From Tricharina praecox (Eukaryota), in NCBI RefSeq assembly GCF_024521635.1, contig NW_026250403.1, positions 1,984,001-2,048,000 of the forward strand: a DNA stretch of 64,000 bases. The letters are read 5' to 3'. A model generated the notes under the pieces. It saw only the letters and a program-made list of their open reading frames with translations. It ran no database searches and was not told the origin of the DNA. The translations under genes were made by a program, and so were the position numbers. Below are positions 1-12,057 of the stretch, piece after piece. Position 1 is the first letter of the stretch, and each line of letters opens with the position of its first letter.

Positions 1-2151
1 ATGCACTAACCTGTTCCATAGAACCTTTCCGTGAGGCTTCCACCTCCATTCCGTGCTGTTTCCTTGAACTACATACTTTCCAAGTTCTCATGGAAGGCTC
101 AACGCTCAAGCGCTCCAGAGTCCAGGCCCTGTTATTGAAATGCCTACCAATTTTCCGGAATCATGCACTACCAAGGTAGAGACTGTAGAGTAGGACTGAG
201 AGCCCCAGTACTTACTCTACCGGTATCCTGGTGAGAAGTGGAAGTCAGTACGAGTTTCCTTAGTCCCAAGTCCTTAACGATATTAATAAGCTGACACTAT
301 TCCAAATACAAATCCAGAGAAGCAGATCTTCCATCTTCAAAGGGCAAACCCCTGCGGCCGGTTGCTGGCGGACGGTGGCCTGACCTATTATGTATGTATG
401 TTGGGCGAAACTGACCCGGCCCCCATGAAAAGAATTCATCCCATGGTAAAGAGTTTCAAGAAAACGATCTATTGTCTCCCTACGTCACTAATAGTACGCA
501 AGTGCGGCGAAGCAGTCACAGCGGCATTAGTTATGCAGTACTACGGTAGTTAGTACTAGGTACCTATGGTGATTCCCGGAGCGGACGAATATTCCTCCGC
601 TACCAAGCACTTAGGTACTTCAACACACCGAGCCAACTACCTACATTCTGATATGTGCGATAGTGAACTGGTCACCGTCGTGGGGGAAACCGAAAAGCTT
701 CTACATTCGTTCCCATTCCCGTATATAGCGGAACTGGGACGGTGGTCACAGACAGAGATCGATAGTAACCAGTTAATTGGGGATATGTACAGGCAACTCC
801 AAAGAGCTATGAAACAACGAAATACGGTATCTACCAGACACCAGACTACCGTACGAAGACGTCGGACGTCCTTGAGGCTTTAATTGCTGGCAAGGCGGGC
901 GGGGCGATGTATTGTACAATGCATACCCAAACCGCAACCGCGACAGCACTGCACGCCCACGGGATGGTCGTTCGGCGGTTAGCCGCCTAGAATAGGTGAG
1001 TAGATGGCCGCGTGTAACTGCAAGCCGCGTGTACATGACATGCGTGACACTCCAAAGCTCCAAGCCACGCAGTGCGGGGGATTCTTGCTCTCGGTACGCC
1101 TCGGGGGGGGGGGGGGGGGGGGGGTTTACTTTTGGCGTCACTTCAGGAACGGTAGTTTAGACTTTCAAATCCCTAAGATCATGCCAAAGGCAGTCGACCG
1201 CGTCCGGCGAACCTCGAATGATGATGTGACGGCAAACGTGGAAGCTGGAGATGGAGGCGGGGGTCGAGTCCATCTCGGAGCACTACTAATACATATCACG
1301 GGTTCACAAGCATCGAGTTCGTCTCCCCGTCACGGAAAAAACCCCCGCGTGGCCCAGTGGTCTGGTACATGCAATCGGCGAGGGGAGTGGAATGAAACCT
1401 CTCGGTCCAATCCGGGGTAAGAAACCTTTCATTCCGCTCTTGGGGTTTCCAAGCCACCCCACTGGGGGGGTGATGGTTTTTGCGGGAAGTCGAAACCCGG
1501 GGTGCATGGAGTATCACTCGTCGCAAACCCAAAAGCTGCTAATATCACTTTTTCTTTTTCTTTTCCGTTTAATCATCATGTTCGTTACTTCCCAACGTAA
1601 AGCCACAAACCGGAAACCAGCAGCAACGTTCCGGAGATAGATGAGCCGTGTGGTTGTGTAGACGCACTGGTGACTGACGCCTCGCAATCGGGCATACTAT
1701 GCACTGCAACAAATTTATAACCGCCCCGGATATGTAGGAGATAGGTAGTAGAGGCGCCAGCTACCGGAAGGGCTCGTCCCGACGATGGCCCTCTACCGGT
1801 ATCGGTCAGGAATAAAGACCCCCCCTCCCCCACCCCCGCATCACGCTCCTCGCCTGGTTTGTATTTTTGCGTGAGCGGCTTGCTTTTTTTTGGCTCTGCG
1901 ACAGGTAACCATCGACTCCGTTCGGAGTATATATACTACCTAGGTTCCGCCCAGCCCTGCTCACTGGTTCCGCTCATTCAATATCATTCCATCCCAGCCT
2001 ACCACCACTCCTCCTCCTCCGGGGGTAGGCAGAGGCATTCGACTCTCGAACTTGCTGCTTTCCCCTCTATTCCTGTTCTGCGTGTATCATTCCCCTTTAG
2101 TCTGTCATGTCGTAACCAACGAAGACAGGGGAAACCTTCCGGAGTTACATA

Positions 2152-2342
2152 CAGTAGCAAAAAGTAGGGTGCGATTGATACGGGGTGAATACCGCAGCCA
2201 TTTGAGTACCGAAGAATTACCAGGTTTTTAAGTTAGAATACCGAAGAACTATCAGGTTTTTAAGTGAAACCTGGTAGTTCTTCGGTACTCAAATGACTGC
2301 GGTATTCACCCCGTATCAATCGCACCCTACTTTTTGCTACTG
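2152..2342. mobile_element. 191-bp MITE/foldback element, Tc1/mariner-like (TA target, CAGT termini)
   Basis: Ends read TA|CAGTAGCAAAAAGTAGGGTGCGATTGATACGGGGTGAATACCGCAG... and ...CTGCGGTATTCACCCCGTATCAATCGCACCCTACTTTTTGCTACTG|TA. The inverted arms are about 75 bp and near perfect, with TA on both sides and no ORF. The same terminal repeat bounds 35309-36961. Confidence 0.9.
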
Positions 2343-3132
2343 TATGTAGGAGTAGTCTGTAGATACTAGATATGTAGGCAGAACGGGTTCCCGGCGCATG
2401 TAGTCGGAAGTATGTATTAAACACCCACCATCACTCGCTGCCATTGGACCATCGCCTAGTTCTTCGACCACGACGACACAATATGCCTCCATTCTCCGTT
2501 CAACCCCGTCTCCGCACGCCCACGCCAACACGACGAACCGTCCTGTTACCGCAAGCCCCAGGGAAATTAAAAGAGAAAAGACCCGTTCACATTTTATCAC
2601 TCGTTAATTGCGACCCTTCCCAACCTATCCCATCCATTTCATCCCAATCCAATTCCATTTCATCCCATTTAATCCATCCATCCGATTTCATCATCTAGCC
2701 CCCACCCCTACCCTCCCCGCGTCCCCCCGATCTCATCCATTTTTGAACTCCCGTAAGAAAATAAAAGAGCGAATACCTATGAAAAGCCCCCCTTCACTCA
2801 TTGCCTATTGCCTCCGAAAAGAAAACGAAAGAAAGGGAAAAAGGAAAAGGAAAAAGAGAAGAAAGAAAAGGAAAAAAGAAGAAAGGAGCAGGAACAAGAC
2901 AGGAATACGAATAGGAAGAAGAAAAAAAACAGAACACGCTCGCTACAAAAAGATGAAAGATGAATGGACAACGAACAACGAACAAAGGTGTCAAGGAGGT
3001 GTAAGAGAAACAGGAACAGGAACGGGAATGATATGCCCCCCCCTCCTCCCTCGCCCCCTTCCCCCAAACCGAACAAACCCTCTCTCCCACTCCCACACCC
3101 ACTCACCTCCCGATTCCACCAACCTAGCTACA

Positions 3133-6081
3133 CTAAACGCGACTCGCGCCCCTAGAGGTCTTTCCCTTCGCGCAGTCATTACAATACCACTTCGCCTTAC
3201 CCCTAGGGGCCTGAGAGAGGCCGACACAGCTAAGATGGAACCACTCGCGCTCGCACTCGTCGCCATCGCAGGCGACCATCTCTCCGTAGCTGATCTGATT
3301 GCAGTAGCAATACGTTTCCTCGCCCTCCTCCTCGTCGTCGCCCGTCTCCGCCCCCGCCGTTTCCTTCTCTTTCGTTTTCGTTGTGGAGGCGGAGGTGGAG
3401 GTGGCAGCGGTAGAGGCGGTGGTGGAGACGGTGGTGGCGGTGGTGATCCCAAGGCCGATGGGTGTGGAGGCTGCTGCGGCGGCGGCTGCGGCCACCGGCT
3501 TTTGCTGGCTCTTCGCCTTGTGGCTCTTCTTGGCCGGGGCGGGAGTGGAGGCGGCAGCAGCGGCAACAGCGGTGGCGGATGAGTCCGCGCGCTTGCGGTT
3601 GCGGGTGCTGCCGGGAGTGACGGTGGTGGATGCGGCCGTCTTGAGTTCGCCCGAGGAGGCGGCGGGCTTGGACTTGGTGTTGGCCACGGGCTCCTCTTTC
3701 TCCTTCTTTGGTGGGGGAACGATGGGAGAGCCCTTCTTTATTTGTGGCTCCTCGACGGCGGCGGCAATCGCAGGGGAAACAACAGATGTAGGCGTGGCGT
3801 CGGGGGAAAGTATCCGCTGCTTCTTTTTGTGGGAGGGTTTTGTAGGGGGCGGGGGAGGCGGGGGCGGGGGTGGAGGTATGGGATGCGGATGTGCGGTGTG
3901 TTCCTTCTCCAGTTTTGGGGATTCCCGTTCTTTTTCCTTTTCTTTGCTTGCGATGACCTCGAGGTATCGAGGGGCGGGGGGCATCTCCACATCTTCTGGT
4001 TCCGCCGCCACGGGCTTGGGGGTTTCTTTTTTGGCATGGGATTTGCTGGGGGCGATGGGAGTGGTGGAAGGAAGTGCAGGAGTTGAAGTCAGTGCAGCAG
4101 CCGGTATGGGAGGGGCCGGGAAATGGGAAGTGATGTGCAGTGGTGAGGTGATGGTAGCCACCGCTATTGGCTGGATATGGGGATGCGGGATGACAGGCTG
4201 GCCCAGGAGCGGCGAGTTTGTGGCCGAGGCCGTCGGGGTTTGGGCGGTCCTGTCAATCAGATGGTTGCGTTAGCCTGTGTTCGCACAAGGCAAGTGGGGG
4301 CCGGAAAGCAACCGCAATAGCTAAAAACAAAGAGACTAATTCCAGGAACGGGACTCGACGGGCGAAGGGTATGGACCAGAGAGTGACGGACGGTGCAGAC
4401 GGTGCAGATGTGTGTGTAAAACCGCCCATTGTTCTGTCCCCAATGGCTAAGTACCTGAACGAATATCATCTCGCACCCTACCTGTCCACTCCCTCCAATG
4501 AAAAACAAAGCTCAAAGATGAAAAACAATATACTGAGAAAACAAATATTTCGCGGGCAAACGCCATCCTAACCCAACTCCACGCACATAGTACAGTCCCA
4601 AGAAACGCAACCAGAAAAACCATTACCGGGATATCGAGACCGCAGAAACCAAAGACCAGACCAGCCAGCCAGACCAGACTCCTCGAAACGCAAGACAATG
4701 TTGGACGAACTGGAACTTGAAGAAGACACGGATACAGAAGCTGATATGAAAAAAGATGAAGAAGAAAAAAAGAATGAAAGAAGGAAATGACGGATGAATG
4801 TTCGAAAAGAAAAAAGAAAAAGTAAATGCTCATGCCGGCACGCTGACGCCCAATGCTAAGTAAAGTAGGCACGTAATGAAGAAACGAACGTAGAAAAGAA
4901 AAGAAAAGACAACTCTGGACTGGAAGGAAAGAGTACTACCTTCGGGGAGCCCTCTGTGCAACAGTCTTGACCTTCTTCGGCACTGGTGTTCCCGCCCTCG
5001 GACTCGCCGTGCCTTTCGCGTTCGTGGCCTTCTCCTTATCCTCCTTGGTAGCGGCAGCCTTCCTCTTCTTGGTAGCCTGCTGCTGTTGCGCGCCCGCCTG
5101 CTGGTCCGCGATCCGCTTGGTACTACTGAGCGTCTCGTTATCACCAGTTTTCCTAGCCTTCTTCTTCGGTTCGGTGGGCTCGTCCTGGTGTTGATGGTGC
5201 GCGTAATGGTGGTGCGACTTGCCGGCGCGGCCAGGTACAGCTCCACGCACGTGACTCTCACGCTCCATCTGGATCTGGTGGTATCTTTCCTCCTGCTCCC
5301 TCTTCTCCCTCTCCTTCTCCCTGGCGATCTGCGCAGCGGTGCCCCTCTTCATGGGTTCCTTGTAGGCCCAGTGCTCGGGGTTACCCTTGCGGTAGAGCGA
5401 CGGGATCTCCTTCTCGACGTAGGCAAACGCGTGTTCGACACGTCCGAGGTGCTTGTTTAGCGCATCGACGGCAGTGGTGATGACGTGAATCTTCTCGTCC
5501 TGCGTTATCAACAGATCGGCAATCTGCCCCCTAATCTGGTGACACCTCGCCCTCCTAGTCTCCGCGGTCCCCAGAATCGTAGTCCCCGCAGCCGTAGCTG
5601 CCGTCTCCGCGGCTTCCAGCTTCTCCAACTCAGCCAGGAGCGCGACCGACGGGGGATCCGCCGCGAGCCCACCCTGGTCATTATCGCGTCGCTGTCTCAG
5701 CTCATTAAGCTGTTTCAGCGCCTCCATGGCCTCGTCGAACTCGTACGGATCCCCGGGAGTATCGAGCCTCTCCGCGGCGTCGATGAGCAAGCGCAGGTTC
5801 GCCTCGGGCAGACACGCCTTCGCGTCGACCTCGCGCAGCAGCGTGAAGTGCCGGATGATCTCTGACGGTAGCGCGTCGACCGCATCCGTGAACGCCGCGA
5901 GCGCGGGGTAGAAGTTCGCTGGTGGGTGGTGCTGCCCCGAGGATTCGATCCCGTTGATCACCGGCTTCGGCGCGGGCTTACGCGCGGACCGCGCTTGTCG
6001 CAGTGGTTGCCGGCGTGAGATCGAGGGGACTCCAGCGGTAGCTGGCGATGCAGCTGGCTGGGGCGGCGGCTTCGTCGCCAT
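3133..6081 (-). CDS. PHO23: ING-family chromatin protein (N-terminal ING domain + C-terminal PHD finger), Pho23-like; 2 exons (6081-4940, 4249-3133), 752 aa
   Basis: Exon 1 has the ING N-terminal signature DAVDALPSEIIRHFTLLREVDAK and QDEKIHVITTAVDALNKH. Exon 2 ends in an ING-type PHD (ETYCYCNQISYGEMVACDGDECEREWFHLSCVGL...KWYCNDC). Intron 4939-4250 has donor AG|GTAGTA, branch GCTAAC and acceptor GACAG, and joins in frame (AG+G=Arg). Pho23 rather than another ING paralog is an inference. Confidence 0.88.
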
Positions 6082-6937
6082 GTTGCGTGATGTATGGGTG
6101 GGTGGAAGAGGAGGGGAGGGGGAGGAGAGAGGTGTTCTTGACGAGTTCGGCGTTGCGTGAGGGCGGGATCAGAGGGTCATGCCCCTAAAGATTACCGGCT
6201 GTGCGAGGTAGGGTAGAGCAAAAGAGGGATGCTTATAGATGCGTTTTTCGTGAAGGGAGTGATTTCTGTAGACCTAGCTGTGTGGGATGACAATAAAGCA
6301 AATGGTTGTTGACGGACGCGAAAATGAAGGCGCTCAAAGCATGCTGGAAAGTTGGGTTTCGTGATTCTCAGCAGCAGCGTTGGGCCGAAGGTGGCCGCCA
6401 AAACCACGCTAACTTACGATAAGTAAGAGTTTCATAGTCTTGGCGCGAGTGATACGACGAGATTGCACGCAACAATTCTTCACACGTTCCCAAATTGACT
6501 AGTTACAGATACACCACATGGCTACAGCAAGGATCTCATTCGAATGTCCAATCCTGATTATCGGAAAGCAGCATGTATTCCATGTCCGGCGCCCAGTCCA
6601 ATAGCAGCCCGGAAAACTCGAAAGTAACACCTTCTTCCGAGACACACTGGAAAGAAGAAAGTAGAGCGAAACCTGGATCGAACGACGTGAAAACAAGGTG
6701 CGGAAGCAGGGTCCTAATGAATAGATCTCACACGAGCTCCCACAATAGTAATAGCAGCAGAAACAGAAGCCCCCCCTATTAACCGTGATCTCTGACGCAG
6801 ACCACATCCCATCTCAACCAAACAGCCAACCATCGGAAACACCCGAGCGAATCGGCGCATTAAACCGCATATCTAACCTTCCTCCTCCCCCAAATCGATG
6901 TCTTCTTATTCTTGGCATCCTGCTTATTGGGGGGTTC

Positions 6938-9295
6938 CTAATCCACCTTCGCATTCGCAAGAATCCTAATAACCTGTCAGCCCTGGAATAGATAGGAAGA
7001 GAATGTGAAAACTGGCATACCTGGCCGTATTACTGGTAAGGTTGTTTGACAGCCTGATGTTGGTCTGCGAGTACTTCTTGGTGTGCTTCAACTTCTTGCG
7101 AGCAACCATCACCGGAACGGAGCTCTTAGCCACAAGGTAATTGGAGAAACTGCCCAAGAGAACACTTTGATGATGTCAGCACACATTGCAATCACTATCA
7201 CCAGCTCCACGCCGACCGCATCCCTGGAGAAACTCACCCCTTCAGAGCACTTCTGCCTCTCGATCCTAGTATAACCAGGGTTGGCGCAACCAGGTCAATC
7301 TGTGCATTTCATGATTAGTCAAAAGTATGATACCAACCGACTGTGGATAGAAAACTCACGATCTCAGTCAAAAGATGTTTCGGGCTCTTGCAATGAATAA
7401 CCTCGACAACAACCTTCACCTGCAGTCTGGTCTTCCTAAGCAGCTTGGTGACCAATGACGTGATAGCTTCGGCGGCGACGAATCTCTCCCTCTCCGCTTT
7501 TGTCCGCTCCCCGACACCCCCGACGCCCCCGACGCCCGGGTCCTTTAGTGGACTGCTAGTTCCGGGTGAATGGATTTGTCCGACAGGCGGTGTTAAAGTA
7601 CCGACCGCTGCCGCCTGGGCTTGGTTACTAACTTCCAACAGCGCCTCACCGATCGAGCTCTCCGACACTGTCTTGGACCCATCTTCTATGGCATCGTGAT
7701 CCACCGCACATATCGCGAGTAGCGTATCACCATCTCGTAGAACCGTACCGACAGTCCACTCCATAGCATACTGTGCTTCAGAAGAAAGATCTGTAGCAAC
7801 AAGGTACTTTCTGGAGCGTTTCCCTTTCGCAGCGAGCTCCTTCTGGATATCCTCGTAGTCCCCGCGTACTATTGTGCGAACAACCCTGTGCGTTTCGGGC
7901 GACGAGAATAGCGGAGTGAGTGTTGTTTCCATGCGCTGGGCTCGGCGGATGTCAATGTCATCAGCCTCCTGGTCCGAGGACACAGGAGTGCTCGTCTGTG
8001 ACGGTACATCGAAATTAGTGCTGGGGTGCACTCCGGATCGACGTGCGGTGGTAGGAGAACTGGCTCCTGGGTAATTCGAGGGCGTGACTGAGATTTGAGG
8101 AAGAAGGGAACGAACTTGGTATTTCGATGAAACCTTTTTGCCTGCCAAACACATATCATGGTCAGTACGTTTGAAATGCCGGATATGGGGAAGGAGGATC
8201 CGTACGTTCTTCCTCCGCCGCGGCGAGAAGACTGAAAGACTTCTTGCCGGCTGGCGTGCCCTTCTGGGCAGCCTTTTTGCCTTTCTTCTTCTTCTTTCCG
8301 CCACCTGGGTCGACGCCAACATTGCTTTCCCTGTCGGTGCTATTTCCGCGACTGCTAGGTTCCGAAGCCAGTTCGATCAGAGACGGCGCCTTTCGGGCCA
8401 CGCGCTCGCCGGACCTTCCGCGATTCTCCTCATCACTGTATGACCCGCCACTATCCTCTTCTTCCGAAGACTCGTCGTCAGTGGAATCCACGATCGCCCT
8501 CTCATCCGACTCAAGATCCTTCTGTAGCCGCACGCCACCATCCCGAGTTAAGCTCTCCCCGGTTCCGGCCTTTACGACGTCGCCCTGCTTGTCCGTCACC
8601 GGTCTCCTCTCCGGTAGCTTCGCCAGCGCACCTCCGGATTTCGCTAGCGCATCGTCGTTCAATCTCGCGTACGCGGTATCCAGATCAATCACCGTCCCCT
8701 TCTCACTAACAAGGACGTGCGGCTCGTTCGGACGGTTCGGAGACGCGACACGGCCCGTGGAAGAGGCCCCCGGCGAAGCTGCTCGGCCATGATGCGAGAA
8801 CATGGAATTTGCAAGTGGCGATTTCGATCGCCCTGGGAACACCGCATCGAGCATCGAGGGTTGCGACGCGGTCCGTTTTCTGGTTCCGGAGCCACCCACC
8901 GAAGGTGCCATTGAGAAATCATAGGCATCGTTTGGCGTGTGAGCATTCGGTACACTGGATCGTCCCAGTAATCGTGGTGGGCCATTATTATTATTGCTAC
9001 CCGAGCGGGTGCGGTAGAAACCGTTCGATGAACCCCCGAGGTCGACTGGGCTCGAGCGCCCGCTGCTCATGGGCGTACCGCCCCGGTGCTGGAAGTCGGC
9101 GACGGAATCGATCAAGGAGGTTACGGGACGGTGGGGAGAGGTGGTTCGTGCAAGCGATGAGAATCCCATCCGCGGGGAGGATGGAGTGGATTGGACTCCC
9201 GAGTGAGGCGAGTTGCGATTCGTGCGCTGCTGGGGTCGTTCCAAGAGCTTAAGGATCTCGAGGCGCTCCTCCTCTAGAGCTGATTCGAGCGACAT
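6938..9295 (-). CDS. Fungal universal stress protein (Usp-domain) family protein; 5 exons (9295-8206, 8141-7360, 7299-7238, 7164-7021, 6965-6938), 701 aa
   Basis: Starts MSLESALEEERLEILKLLE. Usp motifs are KYLVATDLSSEAQYAMEWTVGTVLRDGDTL and IDLVAPTLVILGSRGRSALKGVLLGSFSNYLVAKSSVPVMVARKKL. Four 55-73-nt introns with branch sites join in frame. Ends ILANAKVD*. Confidence 0.92.
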
Positions 9296-11994
9296 TGCGA
9301 GTGCGAGCGGTCGGGGCAATAGTAGAGGTTTGATTTGCGATGACCGTCAGTTGTGATAGTTTTACTTTTGAAGTGGCCTGAGGGGGTGTTCTTCGAGTCT
9401 TGTGTTCTTCGGAGGGGGTAAAGGGAGCGGTTTAGGTATGGGAAGGGATGTGCGGGGGGTAGGTAGGTGGAGTCTTTTTTTGGTGGGTTGAAGTTGCAAG
9501 GAACTACGAGCTAACTACGTAGTGCTGGTCCATAGAGGGGCAAGAGGCGGTGGAAGAAGAGCGCAAATGGCTTCCCCTGAGGTGTTTGGATCAAGAGGCG
9601 GAAAGAGGAAGAGAAGGATGAGGAAGGGGCGAGAAGGAAGAAGATGGGGAGAGGGGGGGAGGAGGAGGAGACAGAGGAGGAAGAGGCGGAGGCGGAGGAG
9701 GAGGAGAGTGTTTAGAGTGGATATGCAGTTATTCAGCAATAGCAAGTAAAAGCGAGTAAGGATCTGATAGCTGGGAGTTAAGATAAAAGTAGAGTAGAGC
9801 TTAAGGACGGGCTCGTTAAGTCAGGGTAGCCAGCGCGAGAGGGTAGGTTTCGGAGCAGGGAGACCGTGGGGAGCATACAGCCGTGTGCAGTCCGCAGGTC
9901 CATGTACTCTGGATGGGTATGTCGCATGGGGGGAGGCGGGTGTTGGTGATGGAGAGAAGATCCTGGCTCGAACGGCTACCCCATCTAGCATACTTTTGCT
10001 TCGGGCCTGGGGGTGGAGAACCCAAGCAGAAAAAGCAATCCAGGCCTCATGAGCGCCGGGCGTGGGGCGAGGCCTTGAGGGCTTGAGGATTACTCCGAAG
10101 CGGACCAACTACGAGGTATGTACTTCCATACTAGCATCTCCGTGTGCCCGCCGAGACAGCTCCACAGGCGACATCGACATCGATACCGATCATGTTTGTC
10201 TTCGCATTCAATCCAATCCTGCATGAAGATGATGAGTCAGGCCAATTGACTGTCCGACGTGACTTGGCCATGACTCTTTTCTATGCCATCGTCGCACACG
10301 ACGGCCCACAGCCATTTCGACTCCTCCTGGTCCTCTCGCATAGCCAGAGCACCTAGCTCTGTCCGACCAAAGACAGCGACCCGAAAGACCGTTAGATGGG
10401 CCGATTCACCACCGCTAAACACCAACGATGCCACCGGCCATCACCACGTATCTACGCTTCAGGTAAGTAACACGCGTCGCCCTACACTACCATACACTAC
10501 ACACACTACCGGACTCACCCTACACCGCACCCACCGCACGACACTTATGCATCGGCACAGTCGTGTGCTCGGCGGCCCCAGAGATCACGGAACAAGCCAG
10601 CATGGGCCACATGCCTATCTCCGTGCAGGCACGTAGCGAGAAATCGGGAGGGGATTCCTCGCAGCGCTAACAAACACCACTACCCAAGTAGCTACTCTAG
10701 CTACCTCCTCTAGTGAGCGAGCAACATCGGACGACAACGGAAAGGAAAGTGGGATCCCTCTGCGGAGAGGAGCAATCAGAGGCAAACCCGCTCCCGGCTG
10801 AGCAGAAGATGGACGGCCCAGTACTTGGCTACATGTAAGTGCCCACCCGAAAACAAGGCGTGAACACACCCGCCGTTCGCCAGGCCTGCATCAACATAGC
10901 TATGATACCCGAGTACCTCTGTGATCGCGAACGCAGAGCGGACACATCCAACCGACCGGCGAGCGCAGCCATGCCATCGCCGAATCCACTCTCTTGGCTC
11001 TGTCGATAACGCATCTTGGCGACAGACAGACAGTGCACAAACTGGTTGGAGGCCAAGGCAAATCGAGGCTGTGCAGTGCGATTGCTCTGCTCTCCGGCCG
11101 TCCTTGGCCGCCGCCGCCCTCACGAGACTGACGTTCCCCGACTGGAAAAATACTTGTCGCATGACGGGATTCCAAAAGAACCGCTGCCGTTGTCCATCGC
11201 TACCTTGGCCGAGCGGGCATGGCCGTTACATATGGCCGCCCGCGCATTTGATGCGGGAACACCGCACGCTTACCCATACATCCATCTATCCTCCCCTTGC
11301 TGCAGATGTGCGTGGAGTTGCGCACGGCGGCTGGCCTTGGCTAAAGGTAAACTACATGGTAGGTGCTATAGAGTACCGTTTCTATGGGTGTCCAAATGCA
11401 TGGCACGCCACCACCACCTCCTCCACCTACCCCGCTTGTCTTCCGCTCTTCTCTTTCGCATCTGATCTCCTGCCCCCTCCCCATATGAACACCACCCCAC
11501 CACCAGCACTCTCCACCGGCCAACATTCTCCTCCCCCCTCCCCCTCACCCGACACCCTCCCCCAACACCCCTCAACACCGCGTAACCGCGGGAGCGCTTG
11601 GTTAGAGCTGATGCTAGTTAGGGCCCGCTGTATGTACCAAGTTCCAACATCGTATATACTTACACATCGGAAATGCGGGAGTGCAAGCTGGATGTCCTTC
11701 CGACTTCGTATGTGTCCCAGCCCTCGGGACGCCATGCCATGCCCGCCCGTCGGACTTTCGGTCCAATCAGGCGGAATCAAACAGACCACCCGTCGCACCC
11801 GAAGGTTCATCGGGAGCATCCGGAGCTATCAAGTGTGCATACGAATGCCTCAGGAAGGTACTCTACATACTCTACCTACTCTACTCGTACATACTCCATG
11901 TACGAGTATGATGCTCCACTCTAGTACTTAATTCTCTCATCCTTCAAGTACTCTACATGCTCTACAAACTCTCTCTCCGCCTACATAAGTATTT

Positions 11995-12057
11995 TCCTGC
12001 TTGCCTGCTTGCCTGCTTGCCTGCTTGCCTGCTTGCCTGCTTGCCTGCTTGCCTGCC
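11995..12057. repeat. (GCTT/GCCT)n compound microsatellite
   Basis: Read directly: cctgcttgcctgcttgcctgcttgcc... Confidence 0.9.

Noticed and set aside
362-1640. Short ORFs and an imperfect inverted repeat (GAGTGGAATGAAA ~1385 / TTTCATTCCGCTC ~1427)
   Set aside because: No recognisable domain. The inverted repeat is short and has no clear termini or TSD.
3133-4161. PHD ORF as an independent gene
   Set aside because: The ORF-track start is GTG. A canonical branch and acceptor at 4250 join it in frame to the ING-domain exon.
2608-4273. Long plus-strand ORFs (324 aa, 296 aa)
   Set aside because: Antisense shadows of the GC-rich ING exon 2 and its low-complexity 3' UTR.
10921-11931. 336-aa plus-strand ORF
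   Set aside because: GTG start, no domain, and composition like GC-rich intergenic DNA. Cannot be supported without expression data.
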